Assembly (NCBI GenBank): GCA_951406725.2
Contig: OX597814.1
Span: 82,584,001 to 82,648,000, forward strand
Source of the DNA: Octopus vulgaris
Taxonomy: Eukaryota
Length of the DNA stretch: 64,000 bases
Reading direction: 5' to 3'
The notes beneath the pieces were generated by a model. The model did not search any database and had not been told where the DNA came from. It saw nothing but the letters and a program-made list of their open reading frames with translations. This document shows, piece after piece, positions 27,178 through 40,959 of the stretch; within the stretch, counting starts at the first letter, position 1; the number at the start of each line of letters is the position of its first letter. Both the position numbers and the translations under genes were made by a program.

Positions 27178-27472
27178 ATGGGTAAGTCAAAAATTATACG
27201 CACTCTTGTTTCTGTAATTTATTAAATCAAAAGCAGAGGTTGAACAATTACATCATTTTACGACATACATAATTTCCTTGCTTTTCCATGCACTTCTTCC
27301 ATCAGTCCACAATTTTGCTTATTTCATCAGAGAAGAAGGTATTCGACTGGTTGCGCAGCCATTAATACACTGCTTCCTGCACTTCATCATCTGGAGCAAA
27401 TCGACAACCTCGTAATGGATGTTTGAGCAGTTCATCAAGGTGATAGTGAGAAGGGACCAGATTTGGACTGTG
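27178..27472 (-). mobile_element. Mariner transposase C-terminal fragment with terminal repeat
   Basis: SPNLVPSHYHL..LKHPLRGCRFAPDDEVQEAV..WLRNQ..FF..WKKCMEKQGNYV. Confidence 0.8.
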
Positions 27473-27825
27473 TGCGTATAAGTATTTCATTTATTTCTTA
27501 TCGTATTTTCTACTGAAGAGGGAAGAATCTATAGGATTAATCCCGATATTGATTCAATATAGAAATAACGAACTTTTAAAAAAAATTCTGTTGGCTAGCT
27601 TTCCTTGATTTCAGCACAACGTGTATTTATAGTGAATGTATAATGAAACGTGGGAATTGATGATTTAAAGTCTGTTATCAGCATATTGGTAGGGAAATAA
27701 TTTTTTTTTGCCCTTGTTTATAAGGTGTTTATAATTTTAACCTTTAAATGTATTTTAATATGCTGCCACTTTTTATGAAATTATTTTTCTGAAAAAAAAA
27801 AAAATGTTATCCTATATTAGTACTA

Positions 27826-27899
<74 letters not shown>

Positions 27900-27919
27900 A
27901 AAAGAGAGAGAGAGAGACC

Positions 27920-28560
27920 AAATTTCTAGGAAACGTTTCACAAGATTGAACAAATCTGGTTCTGGGTCCCTATCAAATATCCTCTGACCTTTCTTTTACT
28001 CTCTGTTTCTCAGACCGACATACAAGTTGGACTCGCATCTCATAGACACTGGGTACAAATGAAAATCTCTTGCCTGGACTTAAGGCTTGCAATTTCTTAT
28101 TAGTTCTCTGTAGGTCCATCTTTTTTCCAGTTTAAATGAAACATTCACTACAACATGTAGCTGATCTTTATGGCAGTGTATAGTTATTTTCCCTGTCCCA
28201 TAGAATAATATCAGTCCTATTGCATTTGTTTTGAGTTGTTGTTCTTATTGGAATGATCTTCCGGTATTCTTAATTTTTAATAGTGTGGATACATTTTGGC
28301 CTGGTGTGCCTTTGATATGATCAATGGAACAATCCTTCTTGTGGACAACACGGTAAATGATTTTAGTAACAGCGTTGTATCTCATGAGAAGGTAGTAACC
28401 TTGCAGGTATTTTTGACAGCTGTTGATGACAAAGGAAATATCTAACATTCTGGTACAATCGACATTCAATTTATACCACAACATGGAGGTTTAGAAAGGC
28501 TTCCTTATCTCTCTTATTGGTGAAGTATTTAGTAACTATTAATTGTTTCTGGATTGCAAA
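27920..28560 (-). mobile_element. Degenerate R4/Dong-like (RLE) LINE C-terminal remnant
   Basis: VINSCQKY..YYL.MRYNAVTKIIY resembles the HIxSGC...RHD motif upstream of the restriction-like endonuclease. Confidence 0.5.
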
Positions 28561-28633
28561 GGAGTAGCCTTCTAGAGGAGAGGTAATGTACCTACAGCAA
28601 GGTGGAAGGCTACTCTTCCTGTAAATATATGTC

Positions 28634-28670
<37 letters not shown>

Positions 28671-29091
28671 GCATGCAGGCATGTATGTGTGTATGTACGT
28701 GTATGTATGTGCGTGTGTATTTATGTATGTGTGTATGTATGAATGTCTGTAAACATGTGTAGGTGTTTGTGTGTGTTTATGTATATATGTGTGTGTGTAT
28801 CTATGTATATATATATAAACACGCATCTGTGTATGTGTGCGTATATACGTGTATTTGTATGTTTGCATTTATGTATGTATGTGTTTGTGTGTAGATATGT
28901 ATGCTATCTTATCACAAGCTTCTAAGTGAGTAGGAAAAGATATTAAAATAGATGTAAAAACAGCAAAATTTGACAAATACAGTTGAGTAAAGAAAATATT
29001 GATTCTAGGTAGTTCCTCGACCAGTAAGCCTTAGACATATATGTGTAGAAGGGTATGAAGAGAGATACACATAAATATGTACACACATATT

Positions 29092-29366
29092 TTTTCCTTC
29101 TTGAGCCATGCCTGGCTCATAAGGGCTGGTTTCCCAGTTTCCTTGGCACATAGGTTCCCCACCTGGACAGGACGCCGGTCCATCGCAGGTGAGCTGCAAG
29201 ATGCAGGAGGAAAGAGTGAGAAAAAGTTGTGGCGAAAGAGTCACGGTGCCGCGTGAAGCATAGGTGTTTCACTCACAAACACACACATCGCCCCAATCTG
29301 AGATTCGAACTCGCAATCCCTCAACTGCGAGTCTGCTGCTCTAACCACTAGGCCATGTGCCTCCAC
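29092..29366 (-). mobile_element. tRNA-derived SINE
   Basis: Head GAGGCACATGGCCTAGTGGTTAGAGCAGC..GAGTTCGAATC with A and B boxes; similar head to 52868-53175. Confidence 0.8.
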
Positions 29367-30479
29367 ACACATATATGCAATTATACAGACGACCCTCAAA
29401 TATAGAAACATGAGTATGATCAAATGCTTATATACAAACATGCACACATATATGCCCATACGTGCTTGTACAAAGAGGTACTCCCCTCTCCTTCACATAT
29501 ATACATGCATGCACATATGCATGGGCATGCACATATGCATGGGCATGCATACACACATGTACAGTAAATACAGAGTGTAAGTAAAGTACTGTGCTGTTTT
29601 GGCTCTTCATGTTCTGAATTCTCAGGCACAAGTGGTAGCTTTGTCCCTGTTATGAGTCAAATAACCATATCTAATCCACAGTATTCTCCCTCTCTCCACC
29701 CCCATGCACACACGCATGCACACACACATGCACGCACACACACACACACACATGCACAAATACTAACCAAAATACCCCTTACTTGAAGTAAAGACTCAGA
29801 GGATGAATGAATCATCAGTTGCATCATGATGAAATTGTACTCATAGGAACAACTTTCTATCTTGAACTACCCTAGTGAATTTTGGACTCAAGGCTCCCAG
29901 CAATTTGAATCACACATATTTTATGTACACACACACACACACACACACATTTGGTCAGTCATCCATAAGTCTGGAAAAAGCACATTTAAAAAAAAACCTT
30001 TTGAGCAGTTATATCTTATGTAGTTGAGTAGTATACCGTTGGTTTTATGGCTGATCAGAAAGTTACCATTGATTTCACGTCTACTATTGCACTTGGCAGT
30101 ATAGGTGACTCATCTGGCCAGAGACAAACAAACCTCTTTAGTAATGGTGGTAAAAATACAGTCACAATCAGTTTACTGCGGAAAAATCCTCTGAAACCAA
30201 AAAATCTCCGAAATGAAATTACCCGTTCTTGGAAGGACAGAGTTATCTTCCCTTTAACATTCCCAGCTGTGTCCAAAGATCAGTTTATGTACATCTTTTC
30301 GTTCACTAGTTTGCAAATGAGGACCGACTAAAAATTTTACTTTTTGAATTCAAGAAGGCACCTGGGCTGTGCAAGTCTCTTAGGATCATTGTCCCCTCTG
30401 TCAAGAAAAGTTTGTACTGTCCACTTCCATTGAGGTATGGCCTAGGTTGTTCTGGCAGTTTCTAAATAATTCTGTAGGT

Positions 30480-30900
30480 CGTTCTCCCATCTTTTAACTG
30501 GCTAATGTCGTATTGTGTCTCTCTAGGATTTTAAAAGAGGGCCTGTGGTTATTTAATCTTGTCTTAAATGGGTCCTTCATTGCTCCAATATATTTCCGTG
30601 TGTGTGTCCATATATTGTTATTACTGCTGCTGTTGTTGCTGCTACTATTGGACACCACCTCTGGTTCATTGACCACAGCCTCAGAGTTGCATCGACCACA
30701 TACTGGGCACACACTGTTAACCCTGCTTCTGCATCCTACCTCTGTGGAAGGTTTAAGGGCATTTACTAAAATCTTTTTTACACTAGGCACACAGCTGAAT
30801 GAGACACTTAAGTTATATCTATTGAATAATCGTCCAAACCTATGGGAGTGTGAAATAAATTTCACAGCATATATCGTTATGTTGAGCCATCAATTGCTTC
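30480..30900 (-). mobile_element. Penelope-like element GIY-YIG endonuclease remnant
   Basis: LFNRYNLSVSFSCVPS..GCRS..CPVCGRC..AVV..KYIG..FKTRLNNHRPSF. Confidence 0.8.
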
Positions 30901-31276
30901 ACATAATTTTCTCTCTCCGTTTTTTTTTTTTGTTTTCATTTTCTCTCTGTCCCTCTCAATTATTGAAAAGATACTAAACATGAGCTGAAGAATTCCTTAT
31001 GTAGATCCTGTGACTAAGTGCAGTACCATAGATGACATCTGGTAACTGAATGTGGTGAATGTGTTCTCAAGGCACACTACTAGGGACATATCCAAAACAA
31101 AGTTTGGACACTACATTTTAAAGTCTCCAAGGAATGGGAATGTGAAACTTTGAGTAGCAGTTTTTTTGTGATTTTTTGGGATGTTTTTGCATCTTTAATG
31201 ATAAAGCATATTACTCTACCTCTGCAATTCAAGTACTATTTTTTCCCACCTTGTTTCACATTTATGTGCTTACTAT

Positions 31277-31278
<2 letters not shown>

Positions 31279-31359
<81 letters not shown>

Positions 31360-31491
31360 TTGTGTGTGTGTATTTGTGTATGTGTGTGTGTGTGAGCGAG
31401 TGTGTGTATACATATATATGCATGTATGTATATATATATATGTGCATGTATGTATATATATATATATATATATATATGCATGTATGTATGT

Positions 31492-31528
<37 letters not shown>

Positions 31529-31542
31529 TGTATGTAGGTAGG

Positions 31543-31577
<35 letters not shown>

Positions 31578-31590
31578 GTATATATATTGT
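31279..31590. repeat. (TA)n/(TG)n microsatellite
   Basis: Direct inspection. Confidence 0.95.
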
Positions 31591-31941
31591 GCGTTCGTGC
31601 CTGTGTGTGTTTAAATTTTTTTTATTCCTAGATTTTAACATCAAAAATAGCGATACTTAGCAAATAACTTTTTTTCAAAATTTCGTTTGCATTTTTTCTT
31701 TTCTTCTTTGGGAAGGATGTGACTGTCCTTAGCATTTTCATTTTTGAGTTGTGTTCTTGGAAATTTTTTCAGAATTCTGTTTTAGACAAAGGAAAAAATG
31801 ATTACAAAAAATAAAGATAAAATAAGACAAGGATTTAGAGTCATGTATGATGGATTAGTACTTTAGGGCAAGATTAAGCTTTAGAGTTTTGGATCAAGAA
31901 TCTAGGGTTAGGGTTTAAAACTAGTATTCGGATTTAGAGTT

Positions 31942-34424
31942 TGATATGACACATGACTTCTCATCATCACTGTTATATCTGAACTGTTATAATATGAAAC
32001 GTTCCTGATGTTCTCTTATTACTCTCCAACTGTGTATCTTCAAGAAGCACTCCACCATATCCCTATTCAGTAATTCCTACAATCTGTACACTATGACTGC
32101 ACATATGACACTCTTCTCAGACTGTTCTGTGCATGCTCATTTATACTAACTAGCATAGTTCATACAGTTCTATATTTAGCAAATATAGCATAGTTCACTT
32201 AGCCAATCACAGGATGTACAGATTCCCCACACAACACTTTCCCCTTTTGAGATTAGCTTTCCCTTTATTTAATATTTTTTTTATTACTTCTTTGGGGAGC
32301 TTTCTAGTTGACTTACACACTGGTTCAACCCTTTCCTGTGGCGCCAGAATATCAAATTTGTCATAAAGTATTTCCATAGTCTTTTCCTGCCTTTTTCAAC
32401 CATCTGTGTATCTCTTTTATTTAGTTTACATGTCCCTTATGCCCACACGTCTGCCCTTTCACCATATATATTACTCTACCAAAACGTTTGGTTATTCATC
32501 CTTGTTCCTAACTTTATTTTCCATATTTGTACATTTTAAAAAATATAGCATCACCTATATTGAAATAGTTTGTATTATTAACAGTATTCTTCTATATTTG
32601 TTGTTTCCTTCCTGGTAGCAATTTATCAATACTGATCGTACCTTTCTGGCAAACATTAATTCAGTGGGTGACATACCTGACTCTGTGTTTGGGTTTGGCG
32701 CTATTCTATAGGCATGTAAAAATTTTGTCAGTGTATTATCCACTAATGATTCATTTCTTATTTTCCTCAACTCTCTTTTAAATGTATCTACGGACCTCTC
32801 CACAAGATGATATGGCAGAATAATGACATGTTCCATTTGATGCGTCTTACAAAAATCTTTGAACTCTTTTCTTGTAAATTGAATGCCATTATCCAACACT
32901 ATAGTATCCAGCATACCAAAATGTGCAAATATTTCATCCAAAAATTTAATAGTTATTTTCCTACTTGGTTTTCTGCACTTACAAATTTCAGGCCATTTTG
33001 TGTAGCTATCTACCACTACCAGATAATATAGTGGCCCAGTAAAATTTATGCGTAGTCTAGACCATGGCATATCCGTCTTTGGCCACAGTTGAATCTTTAC
33101 TAGATGTGCCGTAGCTGTCAGGGTGCATCCCTTGCATGCTTTCACCAGTTTCTTGATATCTTTATCCATACTAGGCCAGTAAATATAACTCTTCATGACG
33201 AACTTCATCCTTGCAATTCCAGGATGTCCTACATGAAATTCTTTTTAGCTTTGTATTTTGTAGTACATCAGGAATCACAACCCTCTGAGTGTACACCAAC
33301 ACATTGTTACACATCAAATAGTGTTTTGAACCTATGTTACGCTCAGCAACATAATTTTTTATATTTATCTCATTCATTATTATTTTTACCATTTTGTTGA
33401 TAAATGCATCTTTTTCTGTTTTATTTTTTATTGCTTCCAAGGTGACTGGTAGTTCCCACACTACATTACAGAGAATGTTTTTTAATTCAATTTCTGATTT
33501 TAACGCTGCTATTACTGTATCTTTTTGTGGTTCCTTATCCTTCAGGATCAATCTTGACAGCCTATCTGCATGTCCCAATTTCTTTGAAGGCAAAAATTCC
33601 ATTTTGAAATCGTAATTTATTGGCTGTATGTATGGGGACACCTTTTTTTGATCCATATATTGTTAATAGTAGACGGTGATCTGTCTGCAAGATAAACTTT
33701 CTGCCATGCAAGAATTTATGAAATTTCTTCACTGTAAAGATAATGGCTAATGCCTCTTTCTCTATCTGACTAATTTTTTCTGCCAATAGTAATGCAAGTG
33801 CGATCGGTTTTACGTTATCATTTTCCAATTTATGTAAGATTACTGCTCCAATCCCAGACTCGCTTGCATCTGATGCTACAATTAATTATTTTTAGTTTTG
33901 GATCAAAATGTGCTCAAGATAGCTCTGATATTAACATCTTTTTAATCTCTTCGCATGCTTTTTGGCATTCGTCAGTCCAATACCATTTCACATCTTTTTT
34001 TCAGCTGTTTGTTTAAAGGTGCTCTTAGCTCATGCATTCTTGGAATATACAATTGATAATAATTCACAAGACCTAGAAAAGCTTGTAAGGTTGTAATATT
34101 AGTCGAAGGAGGCATATCTTTAATTGTGTCTGCCCTCGACAGGTCCAGTCATTGTTCATCTATGATATGACATACGACTTCTCATCATCACTGTTATATC
34201 TGAACTGTTATAATATTAAACTTTCCTCATGTTCTCTTATTACTCTCCAACTGTGTATCTTCATCAAGCACCCCAAGATATCCCTATTCAGTAATTCCTA
34301 CGACTTGTACACTATGACTGCTCATATGACACTCTTCTCAGACTGTTCTGCGTATGCTCATTTATACTAATTAGTATAGTTCACTTAGCCAATTTACAAG
34401 GGTGTACAGATTCCCCATACAACA
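31942..34424 (-). mobile_element. Ty3/Gypsy element with both LTRs; gag/PR/RT deleted
   Basis: Direct repeats 31942-32236 and 34163-34424 (TG...CA on minus); PPT AAAAGGGGAAAG next to the 3' LTR; RNase H (SQIEKEALAIIFTVKKFHKFLHGRKF.LQTDH) and integrase (YWPSMDKDI, VVDSYTKWPE, VERSVDTFK). Confidence 0.92.
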
Positions 34425-34429
34425 CTAAT

Positions 34430-34808
<379 letters not shown>

Positions 34809-35172
34809 TAATTGCAGAATCATAATCTCATATTCAAAATAGAAATCAAAGAAACTTTCTAATAAAACAAAAACAAAAAAAGTTATGCGGGTCTGATAGT
34901 CTTCAAATTGTTTGTTGAGAAACTTCAATGTAATCTAAATACATCATGTTGCAACATTAACTTTGGTCCAGGCTATGGTGGGCATTTCGGCTTGTATGTG
35001 TGTGCATGCATGTGTGTGTGAGTGTGTGTGTGTGTGTGTGTGTGCGTGTGTGTGTATGTGTGTGTGTGAGTGTGTGTGCATGCATGCGTGTGTGTGTGTG
35101 TGTACATGTAAAAGAATCACACATTTGTAACAGTTATGTTCATCTATACATTTGCTCTTGCCAGTTATTGTA

Positions 35173-36751
35173 CAAGGTTGTCAACTCTGTGTTTTGAATT
35201 AAATTGAGTGTCATTTTACTATTTGTAGCATGAAAATCCATTGAGTTACACACCTGTGTTATTTTAGTGTTGCCACTTTTTAAAAATAATTATAGTTCAC
35301 TGTTAAAATTACATAAAAGCGAAACCAGAATTCAATTTGGAATTTTCTGTCCAGAATTCATGCAAAAATTTTGTGACAGGATAAAAAAAAAAAAATATTC
35401 TTCTACTTTTTAAAGCAAATCACTTCTGAAGTTCAAAGAGTTAACAAAAAATTGGATGTAGAAACACATGATCCAACTAAATTATTGAATGATCTACATC
35501 TCATTGATTTACCCTTTCAGTAATTATAATGCCAGAAAAGAAGCTAAATGAAAACGTCAGTGCTGGATTATTTAGATACGAAGCTATATCTTGGTTGTCA
35601 ATTTTAGATGGAAATCTAGTGTTAAATTTACTGAGTAGGAAGAAAGTGAGGTGAGAGGCTGATGCATAAAATTTATTGTAGGTGCTTTGGAGCAAATTAA
35701 ACAGTATCATCCAGGTAATTTTTATCTTTTAGTCAATGAGTTATTTTAGCATAATGGAATATCTTAAACCGATAAAACCTGGAATTATAGGCCTTGCAAT
35801 GCATTTTAATGAAGATTCAGAAATTCTGACAAAAATTGATTTTCAATGAAAAATATTTTTTAATGTATGATGGACACAAGTTTCAGATACATTTCATTTC
35901 TGGACTGATGTATCACTGTATAGGGATTCATCTGAGAAAATCTATATGAACATTTACCTCTCATTTTACCAATGCAAATGCTGATGTAGCTAGAGTATTT
36001 AAATACATGAATTTTTCGAAATCAAATGAGTGTAAATGTCTAAGCATAGAAGCACTAAGAGAAATTTTGAACATCAAATATGGACTTAAACGAGGTGGTA
36101 AATTATGCTTATGTATTTGTTTTGCAAGATTCCTGATGTCAAATCGTGTGTTGAAAGAGATATTGTTATATTTTGGAACAGTCAGTTTTATAAAAAAAAG
36201 TTTGGCCAAATAAACACATACACTATATATTCATTCTTCGTTTCAAATTTATTTTATTATTATTCTTATTTTGTCCTATGTCTGGAAATATTTCATCACA
36301 CTTCCTGTGACCTCTTCAGTGACTTCTCATCCCATGTGTTTCTTCCTGTCCTGTTTAGTCCATTTTGAATAATGAAATACATCTGAAGTGAAGAATGAAT
36401 ATATAGTGCATGTGTTTATTTGGCAATAAAAAATAAATAAGTTAAGAAAATTTTAAAATGACTATATCAAGTGAACTATTAAAGAAAATTAAATCTATGG
36501 ATGCTTTTAAATCATGTGAAACTGCCGCTTCTACATCAAAAGAAATTGATAAAGAAATCTTTGAAAACATGCAGTAAAAATAAATGGAATTATGTTAATT
36601 TCATTTCAATTACGATTAAATTTTTTTTTTACATTTACACCTATTTATGTGATTTTCTGCTTAGGTGCTTTGTTTTAGTACATTTCAATTTTATTTAATG
36701 GTTTTTAGCTATCAAAATTGCGTTTTTTGAAATATTGAATTGGTAACTCAG
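35173..36751 (+). mobile_element. Degenerate hAT-type transposase remnant
   Basis: LPNANADVARVFKYMNFSKS..LREILNIKYGLKR (35967-36095) matches the hAT C-terminal dimerization pattern SNAxxERxFS. The terminal repeats are weak. Confidence 0.55.
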
Positions 36752-36779
36752 CCACTGTAATCCATCATGTCTTGTGAAA

Positions 36780-37130
36780 CAAATATGAATGATATACTGA
36801 GCCAGCTGGAACTGCATGAAGGCAGCACCAGTACAACCACAGGTCCTCTTTTAGTATTCTGGAAAGATGATTTGTCATGTCCCTGGCAAGCAACATGTAG
36901 TACCTTAAAGATGAAAGGACCCCATATGACATCAAGTGGTGGATCATTGAGTGGCCAAGATCCTATATCAATGGGAGCAGATGCTGCAAGCTTTGCATAG
37001 CAGAGTGAGCAAGGATCCTCAAAGACTCCCTAGAACCAAGATTATTAAATTTTCAACATGAGATTTATAGTCCCTGCATCCATTTCAAATGGTACCTGCT
37101 GCAAGCATGGGATTCCCCATTCATCAATTA
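36780..37130 (+). mobile_element. Penelope-like GIY-YIG C-terminal remnant
   Basis: YNHRSSFSILER..SLAS..LKDERTPYDIKWWII..SYING..CKLC..E..LLN..EIYSPCIH; same type as 30480-30900. Confidence 0.7.
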
Positions 37131-37651
37131 AACCTGAAAAGTCCTTATGAGCCAGAAGCCATTTAGCCCATATGCACTACCAACTGAAATGGTCCAAGGA
37201 AGATAATCTGTCCTTACTAAATCTGGATTGCTTATTATTTGTTTACTAACTGACCATAACGGAATTCTACCTCCATAGTTTGAAGAGCTATATGGCCTTT
37301 GACCACCAATTTTTTCTTTTGAAAGTTATTTTGTAGAAAATTTCATTATAAATAACTATTTTTCTGAAAGTTTTGAGGAAATAAAGTTGGGGTGGGGTAG
37401 GAGCACACTTGCATAAGTAAACCTTTTCCTATTACTTTATACTCTTGAATTAATTTGGTGCTAATCTCTGGAAGTGTAATTTTGCTGTAACATATATATA
37501 TATATATATATATATACAATATAAATAATATATATATGCATATATACATACATATATATACATACTGACATATATATGTATGTATATATGCATATATATA
37601 TTATTTATATTATTATATGATTGAATGCCAAGCATCCATTTCCAAGTATGT

Positions 37652-37653
<2 letters not shown>

Positions 37654-37730
<77 letters not shown>
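37654..37730. repeat. (TATC)n microsatellite
   Basis: Direct inspection. Confidence 0.95.
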
Positions 37731-37731
<1 letters not shown>

Positions 37732-38622
37732 ACTAAGTAATTAAGGGTTTAGCAACGATTTGCCTCACCACACACCGAATTTAGAAATAGCAGTCAAAGA
37801 GTTATGGCTATTCTTTCTACTTAAAAGAGAGATCTCAGTAAAACCACAGCACTTAAAAGGCAAACAACTCAGGTAAAAGAGAAAGAAATGACGACAATCA
37901 TTCTATATTAAGTCACCTACGGACGTATGTTTCGAAATTAAGTCATAGGAAAGCATAAAAATTAAATAATTATGTCTTACCCGACTACTTTTCTCCTCAG
38001 CGTAGGACTCTACAATTATAGATAATTGTGTATTAAATTTGGAGGCACTAGAAGACATCACCTCAACTCATGGTATCAGAGCGAGCGTAAGCCGTGACCA
38101 GTACCACCAAATTCAAAATGTGAATGACAGTATGTGTCACCATCCTCCTCCCACCAGCGTGCTGCCATAATAAGATGTTGCGGCTATTTACTGGGATGAA
38201 ATATGGTTATCAATAATAATATAGGGTGAAATCAATTAATTTGGAGTAATCATTAATTTCACCAAGTAGATTTCGGCATGTAAAAGCCCCATTCGAGGAA
38301 GGTTTAAGTAATACTAAGTAATTAAGGGTTTAGCAACGATTTGCCTCACCACACACCGAATTTAGAAATAGCAGTCAAAGAGTTATGGCTATTCTTTCTA
38401 CTTAAAAGAGAGATCTCAGTAAAACCACAGCACTTAAAAGGCAAACAATGCAGGTAAAAGAGCAAGAAATGACGACAATCATTCTATATTAAGTCACCTA
38501 CGGACGTACGTTTCGAAATTAAGTCATAGGAAAGCATAAAAATTAAATAATTATGTCTTACCCGACTACTTTTGATTACTCCAAATTAATTGATTTCACC
38601 CTATATTATTATTGATAACCAT

Positions 38623-38623
<1 letters not shown>
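37731..38623 (-). mobile_element. Non-coding retrozyme/PLE-like element: partial tandem repeat, terminal inversion, hammerhead
   Basis: 37731-37992 is repeated at 38312-38572 (period 581); 38572-38623 is the reverse complement of 38202-38253. Confidence 0.8.
37916..38006 (-). ncRNA. Type I hammerhead ribozyme with long stem II
   Basis: CCTACG-CTGAGGA-GAAA...TTTC-GAAAC-ATAC-GTC-CGTAGG: perfect 6-bp stem I, intact core, GUC site. Confidence 0.85.
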
Positions 38624-38649
<26 letters not shown>

Positions 38650-38653
<4 letters not shown>

Positions 38654-39390
38654 CATATATGGGTACGGGACATCACCAACTGTGTAAACAACACGAAGTA
38701 CAAAAACAAACAAGTTAAATACGCAATAAGAGAAAAAATGGAAAACAGGATGAGTAACACAAAGAACGACCCTTCATCAGTTGTCAGCTGTCTATCTGCT
38801 CCTCATTTCGAGCACTCAACGACAATATGAGTCTTTGAAGACAGTTGCTCCCATAAATTCCAAAATAAAATTTTAGATTTATGGAGGGTCAAAGTTCGGA
38901 ACAAAAATAGGACATTGAAGACATACAAGGAAACTGAATGTAAACAAACATGGAGGGTCGTTAGATCAGAACTAGAGGAAAATAGTGAATGCTGGGAGAA
39001 ATATTTTCTTTGAAAAGAGAAAAGATAAAAGAGAGAGAGATAGAAGACGTCCAGTCCTTAGAACGTTGTGTAGGAAAAAAAGATGGTCACGTGAGGAAAA
39101 GGAAGATGGACAATGGTCACATATGAGCAATGAAAGAGAGAAAAAGAGAAAGAGGAGAGAGAGAGAGAAAGACAGATAGAAAATGGTGAAGGGGAGAAAA
39201 AGGGAATTAGAGAAGGTTGGGAGAGAAAACAGTATAGAGTAGAGTTGCATCAAAAAGATCAAGATAAACTTACTTGGAAATGGATGCATGACATTCAATT
39301 AAATAATAATATGAAAAACATATATATATATATATATATATATGCATGCATATATGGGTACAAGACGTCACCCAACTGTGTAAACAACAT
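38650..39390 (-). mobile_element. PLE-type repeat with permuted hammerhead and short terminal direct repeat
   Basis: ATGCATATATGGGTAC..CCAACTGTGTAAACAACA at ~38651-38692 and ~39346-39389; pyrimidine tract (minus strand) upstream of the ribozyme. Confidence 0.65.
38769..38831 (-). ncRNA. Predicted non-circularly permuted hammerhead, copy C
   Basis: CTCAT-A-TTGTC...GCTC-GAAA-TGAG...GACAA-CTGATGA-AGGGT; stem I TTGTC/GACAA, stem III CTCAT/ATGAG, stem II GGGT/GCTC. Confidence 0.72.
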
Positions 39391-40075
39391 GATGGGCTCT
39401 GAAAGCAGAGGACATATGAAGGTTTGAAAAGAATGAGGCTAGTATGCTCTGCTAGATGTGTAATGTAAGTGTACATGTTCAACAAAGTGCCAGTGCTCTG
39501 AGAGAAAAGTTAGGCATGAGAGGAATTGGTTGCTGTGTGCAAAAGAAAAGACTGCACTGATTTGGTCATGTGATGCGGATGGATGCTGACAGCTCCATAA
39601 TGAAATGCTGATCTCTCTAGTGGATAGAACACATAGAAGTGGGAGACCCAGGAAGACATGGGATGAAATACTGAAGAATGACCCCAGGAAGCTGAACCTT
39701 TCAGGAGAGCTGACAAAGGACTGAGATACCTGGCACCTGGCTGTACTCAAGAAGATCTATACCCTGCTGGTAAAGTGTTAAAACTGATCCTGCTGGTGGT
39801 GCAAAGCACTTGTGGTGGTGTCACGTAAAAGCACCTGTGTGGTGTCACATAACAGTGCCTGTGTAGTGCCATGTAAAAGCGCCCATGCAGTGCCATTTAA
39901 AAGCACCCAACACACTCTGTAAAGTGATTAGCATTAGGAAGGGCATTCAGCTATAGAAACTATACCAAATCAGACTGAAGTCTAGTGCAGCTCCCCAGCT
40001 TGCCAGCTCTGGTCAAATCATCCAACCCATGCCAGCATGGACAACAGACATTAAATGATGATGATGATGATGATA
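39390..40075 (+). mobile_element. RTE LINE 3' fragment with (GAT)n tail
   Basis: Homologous to 54860-55745 (EKNEASM, FGHVMRMD, GRPRKTWDE; shared 3' UTR). Confidence 0.9.
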
Positions 40076-40959
40076 TATATATTTATGATATATGTCCATG
40101 TGCTTCTGTTTGTGCAGTTTATGGAAACATAGTTTATTTGGAGGTGGAATTTATATGAGCAAATTAAATGAATTTTTAAAGAGAATCTTCGTTTTTCTAC
40201 TTTGGTCCATTATCTATTATGACACAACAACTACAAACATTCACTTCATATTTATATTCACCAGGTGCTATATTTTATTTTTCAGATTTTTAAAATTATG
40301 AAACAGCTATATAACTACACTTTCTTTGTTTGCAACAAGTATGTCAAAACATTGTTTTAATGATTTAGTTACATAGATACACACGTAGTATATTCCAATG
40401 TACTATTTTAACAAAGTATCACAATATGATGTATATCCCGACATTGTTTCACTGATTTGTGATATATACATACAATACTCATATTATATTCCAAGATATT
40501 CAAATGAATGTGATATATTGATGTAATATATATTGAAACTATGTAAATACTAAAAGAAAAGATAAAAAAACTTTACTGATTATAGATTTATATCACTTAG
40601 ACTACTGTGCAAAAAATATTTCAACTCCTTCAAATGAAGACAATATCAAAATCTATTGGAGAAAAACCAAAAACTTACTGTACTTAAGTGTATGCATTGG
40701 AAAGTTGCCTATTTTGATTTTGACTTAACTACTACACAAACAGTGATTCAACAATAACATTACATCTACTGAAGCAAGCACCAACACATATGATATAAAT
40801 AATGAACTGAAAAGTATTTAAACAAATTTTAAAATCAGCCTGGAAATTTTAGCTAAGCTTTAAGTATTATAATGATAAAACCAATATGGGTTATCTTCAT
40901 ATCTAGCCCCATATTTAGAAGGTTAACCCATCATAAACACTCTATTGACTAGACAAATG

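Noticed and set aside
31860-31941. Telomere-like TTAGGG repeats
   Set aside because: Only one or two perfect units; degenerate and probably part of another repeat.
38268-38305. Second hammerhead in the 581-bp unit (GGC..GCC-GAAA on minus)
   Set aside because: No CUGANGA core and no convincing stem I or III.
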